The position numbers and the translations under genes were made by a program. The notes beneath the pieces are model-generated. The model saw only the letters and a list, made by a program, of their open reading frames with translations. It made no database searches and had not been told where the DNA came from. Below, one piece after another: positions 1 through 11,521 of a stretch of DNA of 64,000 nucleotides; positions within the stretch are counted from its first letter, which is position 1; every line of letters begins with the position of its first letter. The stretch comes from Mobula hypostoma. Its lineage: Eukaryota. Location: contig NC_086106.1 in NCBI RefSeq assembly GCF_963921235.1, positions 23,746,001 through 23,810,000 on the forward strand. The letters are read 5' to 3'.

Positions 1-1470
1 ATCAAGAATCGATAGATTCTGACAAGTATGGGATGACTTGATAATTGCAAATGTTACTCTGCATTTCAGAAATGGTGGGAAGCATCAAAGTGGAAACGAT
101 AAACCAGCTACCTTCGTTGGAAAATTGTTGTAATCGATAGTTAGGGATCAGGTGACTGAGCACGTGGAGGCAAATGGTAGGGTATGCAAAAATCAGCATG
201 ATTTCCTGAAAGCAAATCCTGCCTGCGTAGCCTACTGCTTTTTCTGGGGAAAATTATAAACAGGGTACAGAAAGGAGATGCAATGCCTGCGGTGTACTTC
301 GATTTTCAGAAGGGTTTTGGCAAGGTTCCACATAAGAGGCTGCTTAGCAAGGTAAGAACCCATGGAACTACACGGAAGTTACTGGCATGGGTGTAGCATT
401 TGTTGATCGGCATAAAACAGGCAGTGGAATTACTGGGATTTTCTGGCTGGTTGCCGGTTAGCAGTAGAATTCCACAAGGGTCGGTGTTGGGAAACCCTGC
501 TTTCTACGATGTATGTCAATGACCTGGAGAATGGGATTAATGGACTTGTGCCGAAGTTTGCCGATGATACAAGGATAGGTGGAGGAGCGCATAATATGAA
601 ACAGAGTCTGCAGAGAGACTGAAGTGGTTAGGGTATTAGGCAAAGAAGTGGCAAATGAAATACCATGTTGGAAAGTTTGGTCGAAGTAAAAAACGGACAG
701 ACTATAATTTAGATGGAGAGAGAATTCAAAACGCAGAGAGACAAAGGGACTTGGTGGTTCTTGTGCAGCGACCCTAAAGGTTAACCTCCAGTTTGAGTCG
801 GTAGTGAAGAAGGCGAATCCAATTTGGACATTCAGTTCTTGAGGTACAGATTATAAGAGCAAGGATGTGATGTTGAGGCTCTTTATGACATTCGTGAGAC
901 GACACTTGGAGTATTGTGAGCAGTTTTAAGCTCCTCCTTATTTTAGAGAGGATATACACCTGACATTGGAGCGGGTTCAGAGAAGATACACGGGAATAAT
1001 TACAGGATTGAAAGGGTTACCATAAGAGGATCGTCTGGCAGCTCTTGGGCTGTATTCCCTGGAATTCAAGAGAATGAGAAGGGATTCTGTCGAAACATTC
1101 CGATTGTTGAAAGGCCTGAACAGATTAGATATGGCAAACTTATTCCCCATGGTAGGGGAGTCTTGGACAAGAGGCCAGGATTGAAGGAGGTCCATTTAGA
1201 AGAGAGATGCGGAGAAATTACTTTAGTCTGAGGCTGAAAAATCTGTGGATTTTTTTTTCCCACGAGCGGATCTGGAGACTAAGTCATTGAGTGCATTTAA
1301 ACCAGAAATAGAGAGGTTCCTGATTAATCAGGGCATTTCAAAGTTATGGGGAAAAAGCAGGCGAGTTGGGATGACTGGAAGAATTGGATCAGCCAAGACT
1401 GAGTGACGTAGTAGACACTATGGGCTGAATGACCTGCTTCTGCTCCTATATCTTACGGTCTTATAGTCTT
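1..1470 (+). mobile_element. CR1-type LINE, degenerate 3' part (RT region to 3' tail)
   Basis: Broken + strand frames read ANVT..F, QHDFLK, YFDFQKGFGKVPHKRL and GIPQGSVLG-like motifs typical of CR1-group RT. It ends in a tcttat(a/g)g-like short tandem tail near 1450-1475. Many stops and frameshifts. Confidence 0.8.
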
Positions 1471-2038
1471 ATCCTTATTTAATGTTAGACATAATTTTGT
1501 TCGCGAATCCTGTATGTCAATTAAGGAAAAATAGGACAACATTGCGGAGGGCCGAAGGATGGGCCTGGACATATATAGATCATTTTTTTCACCCTTGACT
1601 CAAAACAATAGTGTATAGGCTTAAGTTGGGAGAATGCATGCTAACCGGAGAAATAAATGATAAGTGTTGTTATAAAACACAGGATGTGGGTTTATATCTC
1701 TAACTTGCAGGCAAAGACGCTCATGTAAACTCGTTGACTTATTGTCTTTCAGGTGCATAAATTGACAAAGGGAAGTGGGTGTATCCACAACACTGAAAGA
1801 TGAGGTTGGGCGAGATGGTGTTCGGCGAAAATTCAGTTTTCTTTACCGAAATACCTATTGAGTCAATGCCAAGTGACGCTTTATCGTTATCCTGCTTGAA
1901 TATGTCCTGTATGTCTCCTTAAACTACTCGTAATTTTGCGGTACCTCAATTCGGGAAAGCACAATCTGTTTTTCGACTGTAATGGATGGGAACGTACCAA
2001 ATACATGCGTTTTTTCTTTTGTCTCTCTATGTGATTCG

Positions 2039-2060
2039 ACGATGTCACTTCCGATTCTTC
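2039..2060. promoter_or_regulatory. Conserved V-promoter element ACGATGTCACTTCCGATTCTTC (ETS + CRE/decamer-like), V1 copy
   Basis: 22 bp identical at 2039, 8429 and 23675, about 290-300 bp upstream of each V ATG. The reverse strand reads CGGAAGTGACATCG. Confidence 0.65.
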
Positions 2061-2140
2061 CATACTTGCATGCAGTTCAAACTATTGCACAGAGGATGTA
2101 ATGTACGTCTGGTCTGGTGTAATCGACCACGACTGAATTG

Positions 2141-2302
2141 ATTGGTTGTACTGAGGAACAAAGAAGTAAGGAGGGACTGGGTGGCTACAGCAACTGAGTT
2201 GATTGTGGGTGTTGGAGAAGAAAAGAGATTTGTGCTTAGTGTTTGCGACCAATAATATAACCAGAAGAGAAGAGAGGCATCACACTCCTTCCGAATTTCT
2301 AA
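2141..2302 (+). promoter_or_regulatory. Proximal V1 promoter (ATTGG, CCAAT and TATAA-like motifs)
   Basis: ATTGG at 2141, GCGACCAATAATATAAC at 2245-2261 and TTCCGAATTTCTAA at 2289-2302. The same blocks occur upstream of V2 and V3. Confidence 0.55.
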
Positions 2303-2363
2303 ACAACGCCTTCTTTGCTAGAGAGAGAAGTTCGATTGAAATTCATAGTCAGTGGACAGAGAC

Positions 2364-3202
2364 ATGATGTTTCGATCTGTATATTTGTTTCTTATTGCAG
2401 CAGTATTCTTGCTCGGTAAGTTTCTGGCGGTCGAACATTGCGACTCTCGTCCATGCAGTGTAGCTTAATGTATCAGTCAATACCCGCAATAAAATGTTGA
2501 GAAGGACAGAGAAGCCCGTCAGATGAACAGAAAAAAGTCTGCGGCTCCAGTTATTCTCCAACTTGCATTATAATGCTTGAGGTGAGTTTAAAAGGCGATT
2601 GCTGCTGCAGACAACATGACTTTTCCCGCTAGAATGTAAAGGAGAACTGCACACACGCTAATAGAAGAGGTTGGAAAGATTTTTGTTTTTAATTATTTTC
2701 TTTTCTTTTTATTAATAGTTGAATTCAATTGACCATTCCCTTTTCCTGGTACACCCACAAATCTCTGCGGGATGTATATTTATAACTGATATCTCCCCAC
2801 TCGCGACGCATGTCAGTATAAGAGATCAAAAGGCGATCAGAAGTGTGCGTTCTGCAGGATGTGATTGCTTGTTTGAAATATATTTTGGGCTCTTTCAGAT
2901 TACGTTCGAGGCGATGCCGTTTTTCAGACACCTGCTACGTCCACAGTGATTGAAGGGATTGAAGCGTTGTTGAACTGTAGCTACACTACAATCGCAAGCA
3001 ATTTTGCATTACTCTGGTACCGTCAGTATCCCGGCGGATCTCCGGAGTTCCTGTTGATGCGGACGAAATACGACAGTAATCAAAATGAAATTCCAGGCCA
3101 ACGTTTCACAGCGCAACTGGATGTTTCAACGGGAACTGTCCCACTGACTGTGTCTGAGGCACAACTAGGAGATGTGGCCATATATTTCTGCGCTCTGAGC
3201 CA
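2364..3202 (+). CDS. TRAV/TRDV: TCR alpha/delta V gene segment V1 (leader exon 2364-2415, intron 2416-2898, V exon 2899-3202), intact
   Basis: Leader MMFRSVYLFLIAAVFLL-G with a phase-1 GTAAG donor and a TTTCAG acceptor at 2898. The exon reads DYVRG|DAVFQTPATSTVIEGIEALLNCSY..WYRQYPGG..DVAIYFCALS with the canonical Cys/Trp/Cys and no stops. An RSS follows. Confidence 0.93.
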
Positions 3203-3241
3203 CACAAAGGCATAACCCTTATCAGTGATTGTACAAAAACT
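3203..3241 (+). other. 23-RSS of V1: CACAAAG-23 bp-ACAAAAACT
   Basis: Counted directly: heptamer 3203-3209, spacer 3210-3232, nonamer 3233-3241. Confidence 0.92.
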
Positions 3242-4036
3242 ACTCGTTCTCCCTAGAGCCATCTGGTTGCAACTGCAGCTTGGAGTGCAGCAGCAAATCT
3301 TAGCTGATTCCTGTAATTATGACAATACTAATATATATTTTACACTATTATTTAGATTTAAATATACCGATTCAATCAGTTTTAACAGGTTGCGTCTGAA
3401 TCTGCCATCGTGCGCATTGTGTAGGATAATCCTAATGCAGTTTTTGAAAGAGCTAAAGAAAGCCCACCCAACCTTTGTTATTTAACGTGTGTCTTTTGCA
3501 GTTTCTTTGGTATAGCAAGATAGATGCGGTTGGCATGTTGAATCAGCTTCGCTGGTCTGATAATTGCGAAAAGGTATTGTGCTCTGTTCGAATAGGTTTG
3601 TTGATCATTTATTTATAAACAATAAACATTTTACAAAACATTGATTTTCCCCAAGTTACAACCACTACAAAGCTGAATATTAAATAACTATACAAACATC
3701 AACAAACATATTGTCTAAAAGTGCGCATAGAATTTACCTTCCCAATCATCATGAACATTATTGCCCTAAACAAAAGACGAAGCGTGCAGTCCCTTCCACA
3801 TATGTTTTTATATTAACAAGACATTTGAAACTGAACAACAAGCAGCTATCCAATGGGAAAAACAGCTGCACCTTCTCAATTAACCAATCACAACGGCAGC
3901 GCTTTTGAGTGTCAGAATAATACACTCCCGCACAGGGCCACACACTCTTCCGAACATGCGAAAGAGATTATCCCACCCTCTGACGATAAAGAATCTCACT
4001 AAATCTTAAATTCTACATGAGAAACAAAAGTACGCA

Positions 4037-4440
4037 TCAGAATCAGAATCAGTTTTATTATCGCCATCAAGTGACTTGACATTCGTTAATTTTGCAGCAG
4101 CAGTTACATCCTGTAAATTATGTAGAAGAAAAAAACATAATAAAAATAATAATAATAATAATAAGTAATAAGTAAATCTGTAACAGTGTACGCATATTGA
4201 ATAGATTAAAAATCGTGCAAAAACATAAATAAGATATATTTTTGAAATTGTGGTAGTGTCCGAGAGTCAGTATCCATTTAGGAATCAGGTGGCAGTGGGG
4301 AAGAATCTGCTCATGGATCGCTGAGGGTGTGCTTTCATGGTGCCGTACATCCCGCCTGATGTTAACAACGAGAAAAGGTCACCCTGTGTGCTGGAGTCCC
4401 TAGTAATGGACGCTGCTCCTTGAAAACAACACCCAGTACT
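4037..4440 (-). mobile_element. 3' end of a non-LTR retroelement with an (ATCAGA)n tail
   Basis: atcagaatcagaatcag tandem tail followed by an A-rich 3' UTR-like tract. It resembles a common elasmobranch LINE end recalled from memory. Family not confirmed. Confidence 0.45.
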
Positions 4441-5307
4441 GTAAACCTAATAGTAACCTTCCAGTAGTTTATACTAGTCCACCAGCCTCACTGTGCCCTG
4501 AAAGGCCAACAACCTTAACCTGGAGTGTAACAGCCAATGAGCTGATCTCCCAGTTAATGTTAAACACTTTCTCTGATGTATGTTTAGCCATTTTACATTC
4601 TGAGCGGTTAATCCAATGCAGCAGTTCCAGGAACAGTCTATCCGTACTATTGTGAGAAATGCCATCAATCAAAACATCATTCCTTCATATAGCCCTGTTA
4701 TCGACCAGCATGGGCGACGTGTTTATTCAGATACCATTGTGGCATCTATACGGCACCAGATATGCACCGCACAACTCTGTGTAAACAATTACTTGGCCTT
4801 GGAACTGCATTTGTAATAAGACTCAAACAGCTTTTAGGAAGTATCAAGCCTCTGAGCATAATTTGCAATAGTCCCAGTTAACTCAGTATAATGTTCCTGC
4901 TCACACTTGCCATCAATCATGCAACTGGTCACTCTAATCACCATACCATCAAAACTTCGACAAGTGGGAATCCTCTTTATTAGTCAGAAAATTCCAATTA
5001 ACAAATGGTTTACTGGGAAAATACAACTTCTCAAAACGCTCAAGTCCCTTAAGACTGGTTTAGTAAGTTTGAGATTTGCAACAAGAGGCTATTTTCTCCT
5101 CAGCTCCCGCAAAACAGATTAACAAAACACGAAAAGACAGCTATCTTTCCACCAACAATCAGGAAATGATCGAAATCAGTGGCAAATTTTAGTATGTAGT
5201 AAGGAATCTTCATACAAATTCAACAATCTGACCTATTTCTCCACTGTGCAAATTCCATCGACTTCCACAGGGATAGATAACAGTATCATACACCGTATAT
5301 CGTCATT

Positions 5308-6220
5308 CATAGAAACATAGCAAACCTACAGCACAATACAAGCCCTTCGGCCCACAAAGTTTTACTGAACATGTTCTGACATTAGAAGTTACCAGGGTTA
5401 CCCACAGCACTCTATTTTTCTAAGCTATCAACTAACTATCCAAAAGTCTCTGAAAAGACACAATCGTATTCGGTTCCTCCACCGTTGCCGGTAGCGCATT
5501 CTACGCACTCACCACTCGCTGCGGAAAAAAAAAATGTTACCCCTAACACCTCCTTTGTACCTGCTCCCCAGCACCTTAAACCTGTGCCCTCTTGTCTCAG
5601 CCATTTCAGACCTGAGGAGAAAGCCTCTGACTATCCACACGATCAATGCCTCCCATCATGTTATACACCTCTGTTAGGTCTCCTCTCATCCTCCGTCGCT
5701 CCAACGAGAAACGGCCGAGTTCACTTACCCTGTTTTCATAAGGCATGAGCCCCAATCCCGGCAACATCCTTGTAAATCTCCTCTGCACCCTTTCTACGCT
5801 TTGCACATTCGTCCTGCAGTGAGGCGACCAGAGCTGAGCACAGTACTCCATGTGGGGTCGGACCAGCTTCCTATGTAGCTGCAATATTACCTCGTGACTC
5901 ATAAATTCAATACCGTGATTGATGAAGGTCAATAAACCGGATGACTTCTTAACCACAGAGTCAACCTGTGCAGCTGCTTTGAGCGTCCTTTTGACTCCGA
6001 CCCCAAGATCCTTCTGATCTTCCACACTGCCAAGAGTCTTATTATTAATACTATAATCTGCCATCATACTTGACCTGCCAAAATGAATCATTTCATATTA
6101 ATCTGGGTTGAACTCAATCTTCCACTTCTCGGCCCAGTTTTGCATCCTATCAATGTCCCGCTGTAACTAAACTCTGACAGCGCTCCACACTATCCACATC
6201 ACTCCCAACTTTCGTGTCAT
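5308..6220 (-). mobile_element. 5'-truncated CR1-type LINE 3' end
   Basis: ORF 5606-6091 carries LVRPHMEYCAQLWSP..VERVQRRFTRMLPGL..RRMRGDL, the CR1 ORF2 C-terminus. A catagaaacatag tail is at 5308. Confidence 0.88.
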
Positions 6221-8428
6221 GAGCACTTTGAAATTCTGTAATGTAGGGGGCACAAATGTAGTCGCTCCTGATTAGTCGCTGGAAATACAAAAAAACACAC
6301 AAAACTTGAACTACGACAATTACTTTCCAAATGTTCAGTTCCCACTAAATGTCGTAATATGTGCTTAAATAGAGGAAGAAGAGAGCAAGAGTCTTCCGCG
6401 TGCTATGTTATATGCCCACTATATTTGTAACGGGACAGCATGCACATATCCTTTCGGAAAATTGTGGTACCTTCTGAATTAGCTACTCACAAAGGAAACA
6501 GTTGTAATGAATCAGAATAAGGCACCCTCCCACAGGACATCAGTGCATCAACACTTTCTGTGGAAGGGATTGGCTTTGTCCCGTATATGCTGTTGTGCAG
6601 CAATATCGGTTGTTTCCGCTCTTTTGTGTCCAATAAAAGTTAATTTTAACCCCGTTCTTGAAGTTATTGTTTGATCTTCTCTAACTTTAACTTCTAGTCT
6701 GCAACAGCAAACTAATCTTGCAGGATTGTTAGTCCGCTCTCAGTAGTGACAAGCTGATGAGGGCACGGGAACCGGAAGAATATGAATTTTAGGTCGTAGT
6801 TCAATACATTAAGTGAGTAAGATGATGAGATATTTTGAAGACGCAGCATAATTTTGATAAATACGGATCAGCTGATTGATGATACGAACGGGAAATAATT
6901 ATTTGCAGTAACACCACACACGGTTTGTATTCACAACCAGATGCTTTGAAAATATGAACCAGCGGCTAAGCCACCTGCAGCCGAAGTGAGACCGGTCAGA
7001 GGAAAATAGGGGTGTTGCAATAATAGCGGTGATCAGCTTTCTCTTCCTATAACATTGCTGAACATTATGACCTGTCAATGTTGCTGTGATATGAACACTC
7101 CAAGACCATTGATAAGTGTAGGATTATAACATAGTCGAAGATCCTGCTCATTGTGGAATTAGTGGTAAGAAACTAAATGAAGCAATATCCTGAGGTTATA
7201 TGGACTTTGTCTGTGGAGAAATTGCACAAGGAAATGTAGAAGGTGAAGAGTGATTCTCATTAAAAAGTAACTCGATAATATAAACACTAAATTGTTCCAG
7301 GTTTGCTGATTAAGTCGAGGCAAAGCTTTGTGCATGCAAGTTTGTTACTTCACAGATGTAAATGGGGGAAATGCTGAGCGTTCGCAACTACAGAGTACAT
7401 TCTACTCCAACAGCAGTTACATGGACTTGCCAAAGGAAGGACTATCAATGACAGCCACTGTCAAGGACATGCTTGTTTCATTCTTTGATGGGGAAGAATT
7501 CTGGAGTCAAAAGGACCACACCAGCGAAATAAAGAAAAGCCGAAAGGCTGTTGCCCTGTAGCCATGTGGCTCCTGAGTGAAAGTGGAAAACTTCACTCAT
7601 CTCAGTCCTGAGCTGATTGCACAACCGACAGACTCACTTTAATGATAATTCGTTGTCGCAGCGTGTTATTTTTAAACTGTCCGTGTTATCTTTTTACATT
7701 TTTGTTGCGTGCCCGCCTATAGTTACGTATATTATTATTAATGTATTGTAATTATTGTTTCCTGATTATCTGTGACATCACTATGTACCATTATTACATT
7801 TAACGGGAAACAGCGCTTTGTAGCTTAATTTTAGACATAATTTATTTGTGGAACCTTCATGTCAATTGTAGCAAGAAAATGATACGTTTGCGAAGGGTCG
7901 ATGAGGTGGGCCTGCACATAAATTATCCAGTAAATACATTTTTTGCATCCTTGACTTTAAGCAAAAAAAAAACAAAACAAAACAAAAAAAAAAAAAACAG
8001 GGCTTAGGTTTACTTTGACAGGATAAATGTCAAACGAGAAATTAATGCTGAGTACGTCTATAAAAAACAGGAACTTGCTAACTTTCTCACAAAGAGATAC
8101 ATGTAAACATGTTCAATTATTCTGTTTCAGGTGCATGAATTGGCGAAGTGAAGTGGGTGTATCCACAACGTAGAAAGAGGAGGTAGTGCGAGATGAGGCT
8201 CGACGGAAATCCCGTTTGCATTGCCGAAAAATCAATTGAATCCATGGCAAGTGACTCTATAAACAGGAAGCAGACGTCAACTAGGGGAAAAAATAGACAT
8301 TTAGTGAATTGTGTGGTATGCCTCCTTCGTATTTTCGCAAATGTTCCATTACTCACTTAGAAATCGACTCCTATGTTTAGAATTTACACAATGGAAACAT
8401 ACCAACTACATATTTTCTACGTCACACT

Positions 8429-8450
8429 ACGATGTCACTTCCGATTCTTC
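8429..8450. promoter_or_regulatory. Conserved 22-bp V-promoter element, V2 copy
   Basis: ACGATGTCACTTCCGATTCTTC, identical to the V1 and V3 copies. Confidence 0.65.
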
Positions 8451-8543
8451 TAAGATTGCCTAATTACCTTATATGCAGCTCAGTGCTTTGCACGGAAGTT
8501 GTAATGGCGGTCAGATGGAGCCTTATCTGTCAGTATAGAATTG

Positions 8544-8680
8544 ATTGGTTGCACTGATAAACAAAGAAGTAGTGATGTATTGCAACGACTCAGTTGATTG
8601 GGCGTGTTGGAGAAGCAAGGAGCTTTGTGCTAATTGGATGCGACCAATAATATAACAGTGCACATCTTCCGAATTTCTAA
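8544..8680 (+). promoter_or_regulatory. Proximal V2 promoter
   Basis: ATTGG at 8544, 8597 and 8633, CCAAT at 8644, TATAA at 8651 and TTCCGAATTTCTAA at 8667-8680. Confidence 0.55.
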
Positions 8681-8736
8681 TTAAAACTTCCTTAACAATA
8701 AGATTATTTCAGTTGCAATTCACAGGCTGTGCAGAC

Positions 8737-9609
8737 ATGCTGTCCCAACTTATATATACGTACCTTATTGCAGCAGCGTTCCTGACCGGTAAGTTTCCGG
8801 AGTTTCGAACATTGTGATTCTTATGAGTGCAGAGAAGGATAATTTATTAGTCAATACCCGGAATTCAATTAACAAAACCAGGGAAATAATCAAAAGAACA
8901 CAAAAGAACACGATAGGCGTGTTCATTCAGATCTCCTGTAACTGACATTAAAATGTTTGAAGGGCGAATCCAGGTCTATCACAGTTGAGCCATTGTTGCC
9001 TCCAATGGTGAAATGTAACGCTTTTTATTTTGTCCCCCCACCCCCGCGGGACATATAATGGGAAACTGTGGACACTGATAGAAGAGTTTTGAAGGATTTT
9101 TTCTGTGCTTTTGATCTCTTCTTTTAAACAAATTAAATTTATTTTTCTATGGAACCATCCCAGAATTCTCTACAGAACGAATATTTCCATTCGACAACCT
9201 TCGAGCCCCAACTCAGGTCACTACCAGAGGTCAATGTGCGATCGAAATGGTGTCCGCACAGCAGGATGGTGTTGTTTAATTGAAATATCTTTCGGATTCT
9301 TTCAGGCCATTGTCGAGGCGATGCCGTTTTTCAGACACCTACATCCACAGTTACGGAAGGCGGTGAAGCATTGTTGAACTGTAACTATACTACTACAAGC
9401 AATAGCGGTTTTTCATTACAATGGTACCGTCAGTATCCCGGCGGAACTCTGGAGCACCTGTTGCTGCGGACGAAATACGACCCTAACCCAAAAAAGACCC
9501 CAGGGCAACGCTTCGCGGCACAGCTGGATGATTCGAAGAGGACGGTCCCACTTTCCGTGTCTGAAGCGCAGCTAGGAGACGAGGCTCTGTACTTCTGCGC
9601 GCTGAGACC
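8737..9609 (+). CDS. TRAV/TRDV: TCR alpha/delta V gene segment V2 (leader 8737-8788, intron 8789-9305, V exon 9306-9609), intact
   Basis: Leader MLSQLIYTYLIAAAFLT-G/gtaagt. The V exon reads GHCRG|DAVFQTPTSTVTEGGEALLNCNY..QWYRQYPGG..DEALYFCALR with an open frame and an RSS. Confidence 0.93.
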
Positions 9610-9648
9610 CACAACGGCACAAACTTAACCTGCATCTGTACAAAAACT
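9610..9648 (+). other. 23-RSS of V2: CACAACG-23 bp-ACAAAAACT
   Basis: Heptamer 9610-9616, spacer 9617-9639, nonamer 9640-9648. Confidence 0.92.
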
Positions 9649-11521
9649 GCTTGATCTCCCTGAAGCCATCTGTGTGTAAACGCAATTTTGTCTGCAACTG
9701 CAAGTATTAGCAGATTTCTGCAATTATGACAATGCCAATATATTATATACCAGTATTATTCAATCTTAAATATTCTGGTCCAATCCAATTAAACAGTATT
9801 GTACTGGATCTGCTCTTGTGCCCATTCGGAAACATAATTCAAGAGCAGTTATTTACACAGAATCCTTTGTTGTTTTACCTGGTTCTTGTATTAACTATTA
9901 TCTGCTGTAGTATGGACGATGCAGGTGGAATGTTAAATCTGCCTAACTGGTCTGGCAATTGTCAGAGGAAATGCATCGACTTCGAATAGGTGTACAGATA
10001 TAATGTGTTGTTTTTTTTTCAAACAGTAAACTTTTGAACAAACATTCCCGTTCCCCGTTACAGACACTGAAGAGTAAACTGGTCATCGGCGATCACCAAT
10101 TTCGGTGTTATAATTTGGAAAAGTTTAATGGATGAGTATTTATGCAATAGGACTCGTAGGATTCATGTTCTATGCTGTTTCCCCCGAGTCAACACAGTTT
10201 CATTGTTATGTGTACAGGCGCAATAAATTGCGAATTTCGATTATTCACGAGTTGCGTTGTGAATTTCCCCACCTATCCGCTGACGAACGGTGAACACCTT
10301 CCCAAACATTATGTGCGACTTTGAGTTAATCAAAGGAAGGGGAGAGCACGGCACTTGCAAATGCTACGTTACATACCCAAAGTATAAGAGACAGGATATC
10401 ACGGAAATGTTCAATCAGCAATGCAGCTGCACCTTCCAAGTTAACCAATCACAAGGGCAGCGCCTTCAACAATTAGAATACGTCACGTCCACACAGGACG
10501 GCAGTACATCAACACTCACTGTGGGACGGACATTTTATCCTGTATATGCTGTTGTGTGGATAACTCCCCATTTTCCAATATTTATTATGCATTAAATGAT
10601 ATGTAATATCCCGAGTTTTAGTCTATTTGCTATTCCTGTACGTTTACTTCCTTCTTATCTAAATATCATCGAGATTGTGTTGGGAATCTGGAAATTAATA
10701 TTGCAGGAGTATGAGTCCGCTCTCAGTAGTGACAAGTATCTGAATACACACGTACCGGAATATTACCGATTTTAACTCGCAGTTAACTGCATTAACCTAG
10801 TATAAAGATGAGGTATTTTGAAAGCGCAGCATAGTTTTTCATTAAAACGGCCATTCTGAAAGCTCATGCTTAGGGAATTAATTGTGTGCACTCACACACG
10901 GCTTCTATGGAAAACAATGTGCTTTAGATATATGATTCTGAGTAACTGACGGTGAAATACATCTGACAGGGTATGAGTTCGCAGTATCAAATTTCGAAGG
11001 TGGCTAAATTCAGATTAATAATTAAAGTGACTTTCCTATATTATCAGAAGATATAATGTAGTCGAATACACGTTGTAATCAGAATAGGGCGACGTATTAC
11101 AAACACAAGCGGAAAGACCTGTAGCATAAGAGTGAATCAACACAATAATTAGACACCTGCCGATTAAGGAACGATTATTACCCCGTAGCCCCCTGGCTTC
11201 TGAGCGTAAGTGGAAAACTTCACTCACCTTAGCTCTGCGCTGTCTGCACAGCTGACAGATTCGCTTTCATGATAACTCGTGCTCCAAGAATTTCCCTTTT
11301 TATTTCCCCGTCCTATAATCCTTTATTTTTTCATCCTATAATCCTTTACTTCCCCCCTACAATTTCCCTATAATTTCGTATATTGCAATTAGTACTGGTT
11401 GCCATTCTGTAAATATAAAGGTAGTATATGATGAACTATCGGTAATTTGATATCAAAAATACTTTTAACATAACAGTTGGAACAACTAGGAGCATACCGA
11501 ACACTTACTCAGTACGATATA

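Noticed and set aside
2942-2948. Perfect CACAGTG heptamer inside V1 FR1 (possible V-replacement signal)
   Set aside because: No nonamer at 12 or 23 bp. It is CACAGTT/CACAGTA in V2/V3 and is explained by Thr-Val codons.
7328-7561. 77-aa ORF conserved at 22564-22797
   Set aside because: Conservation is explained by the recent duplication. The start is non-ATG, and the homologous V2 flank does not keep the frame.
9306-9320. Extra Cys in GHCRG of V2/V3, suggesting a NAR-TCR supporting V-delta
   Set aside because: It lies in the signal-peptide tail before the likely cleavage site. These genes have their own leader exons, and no upstream NAR V or D-J was seen.
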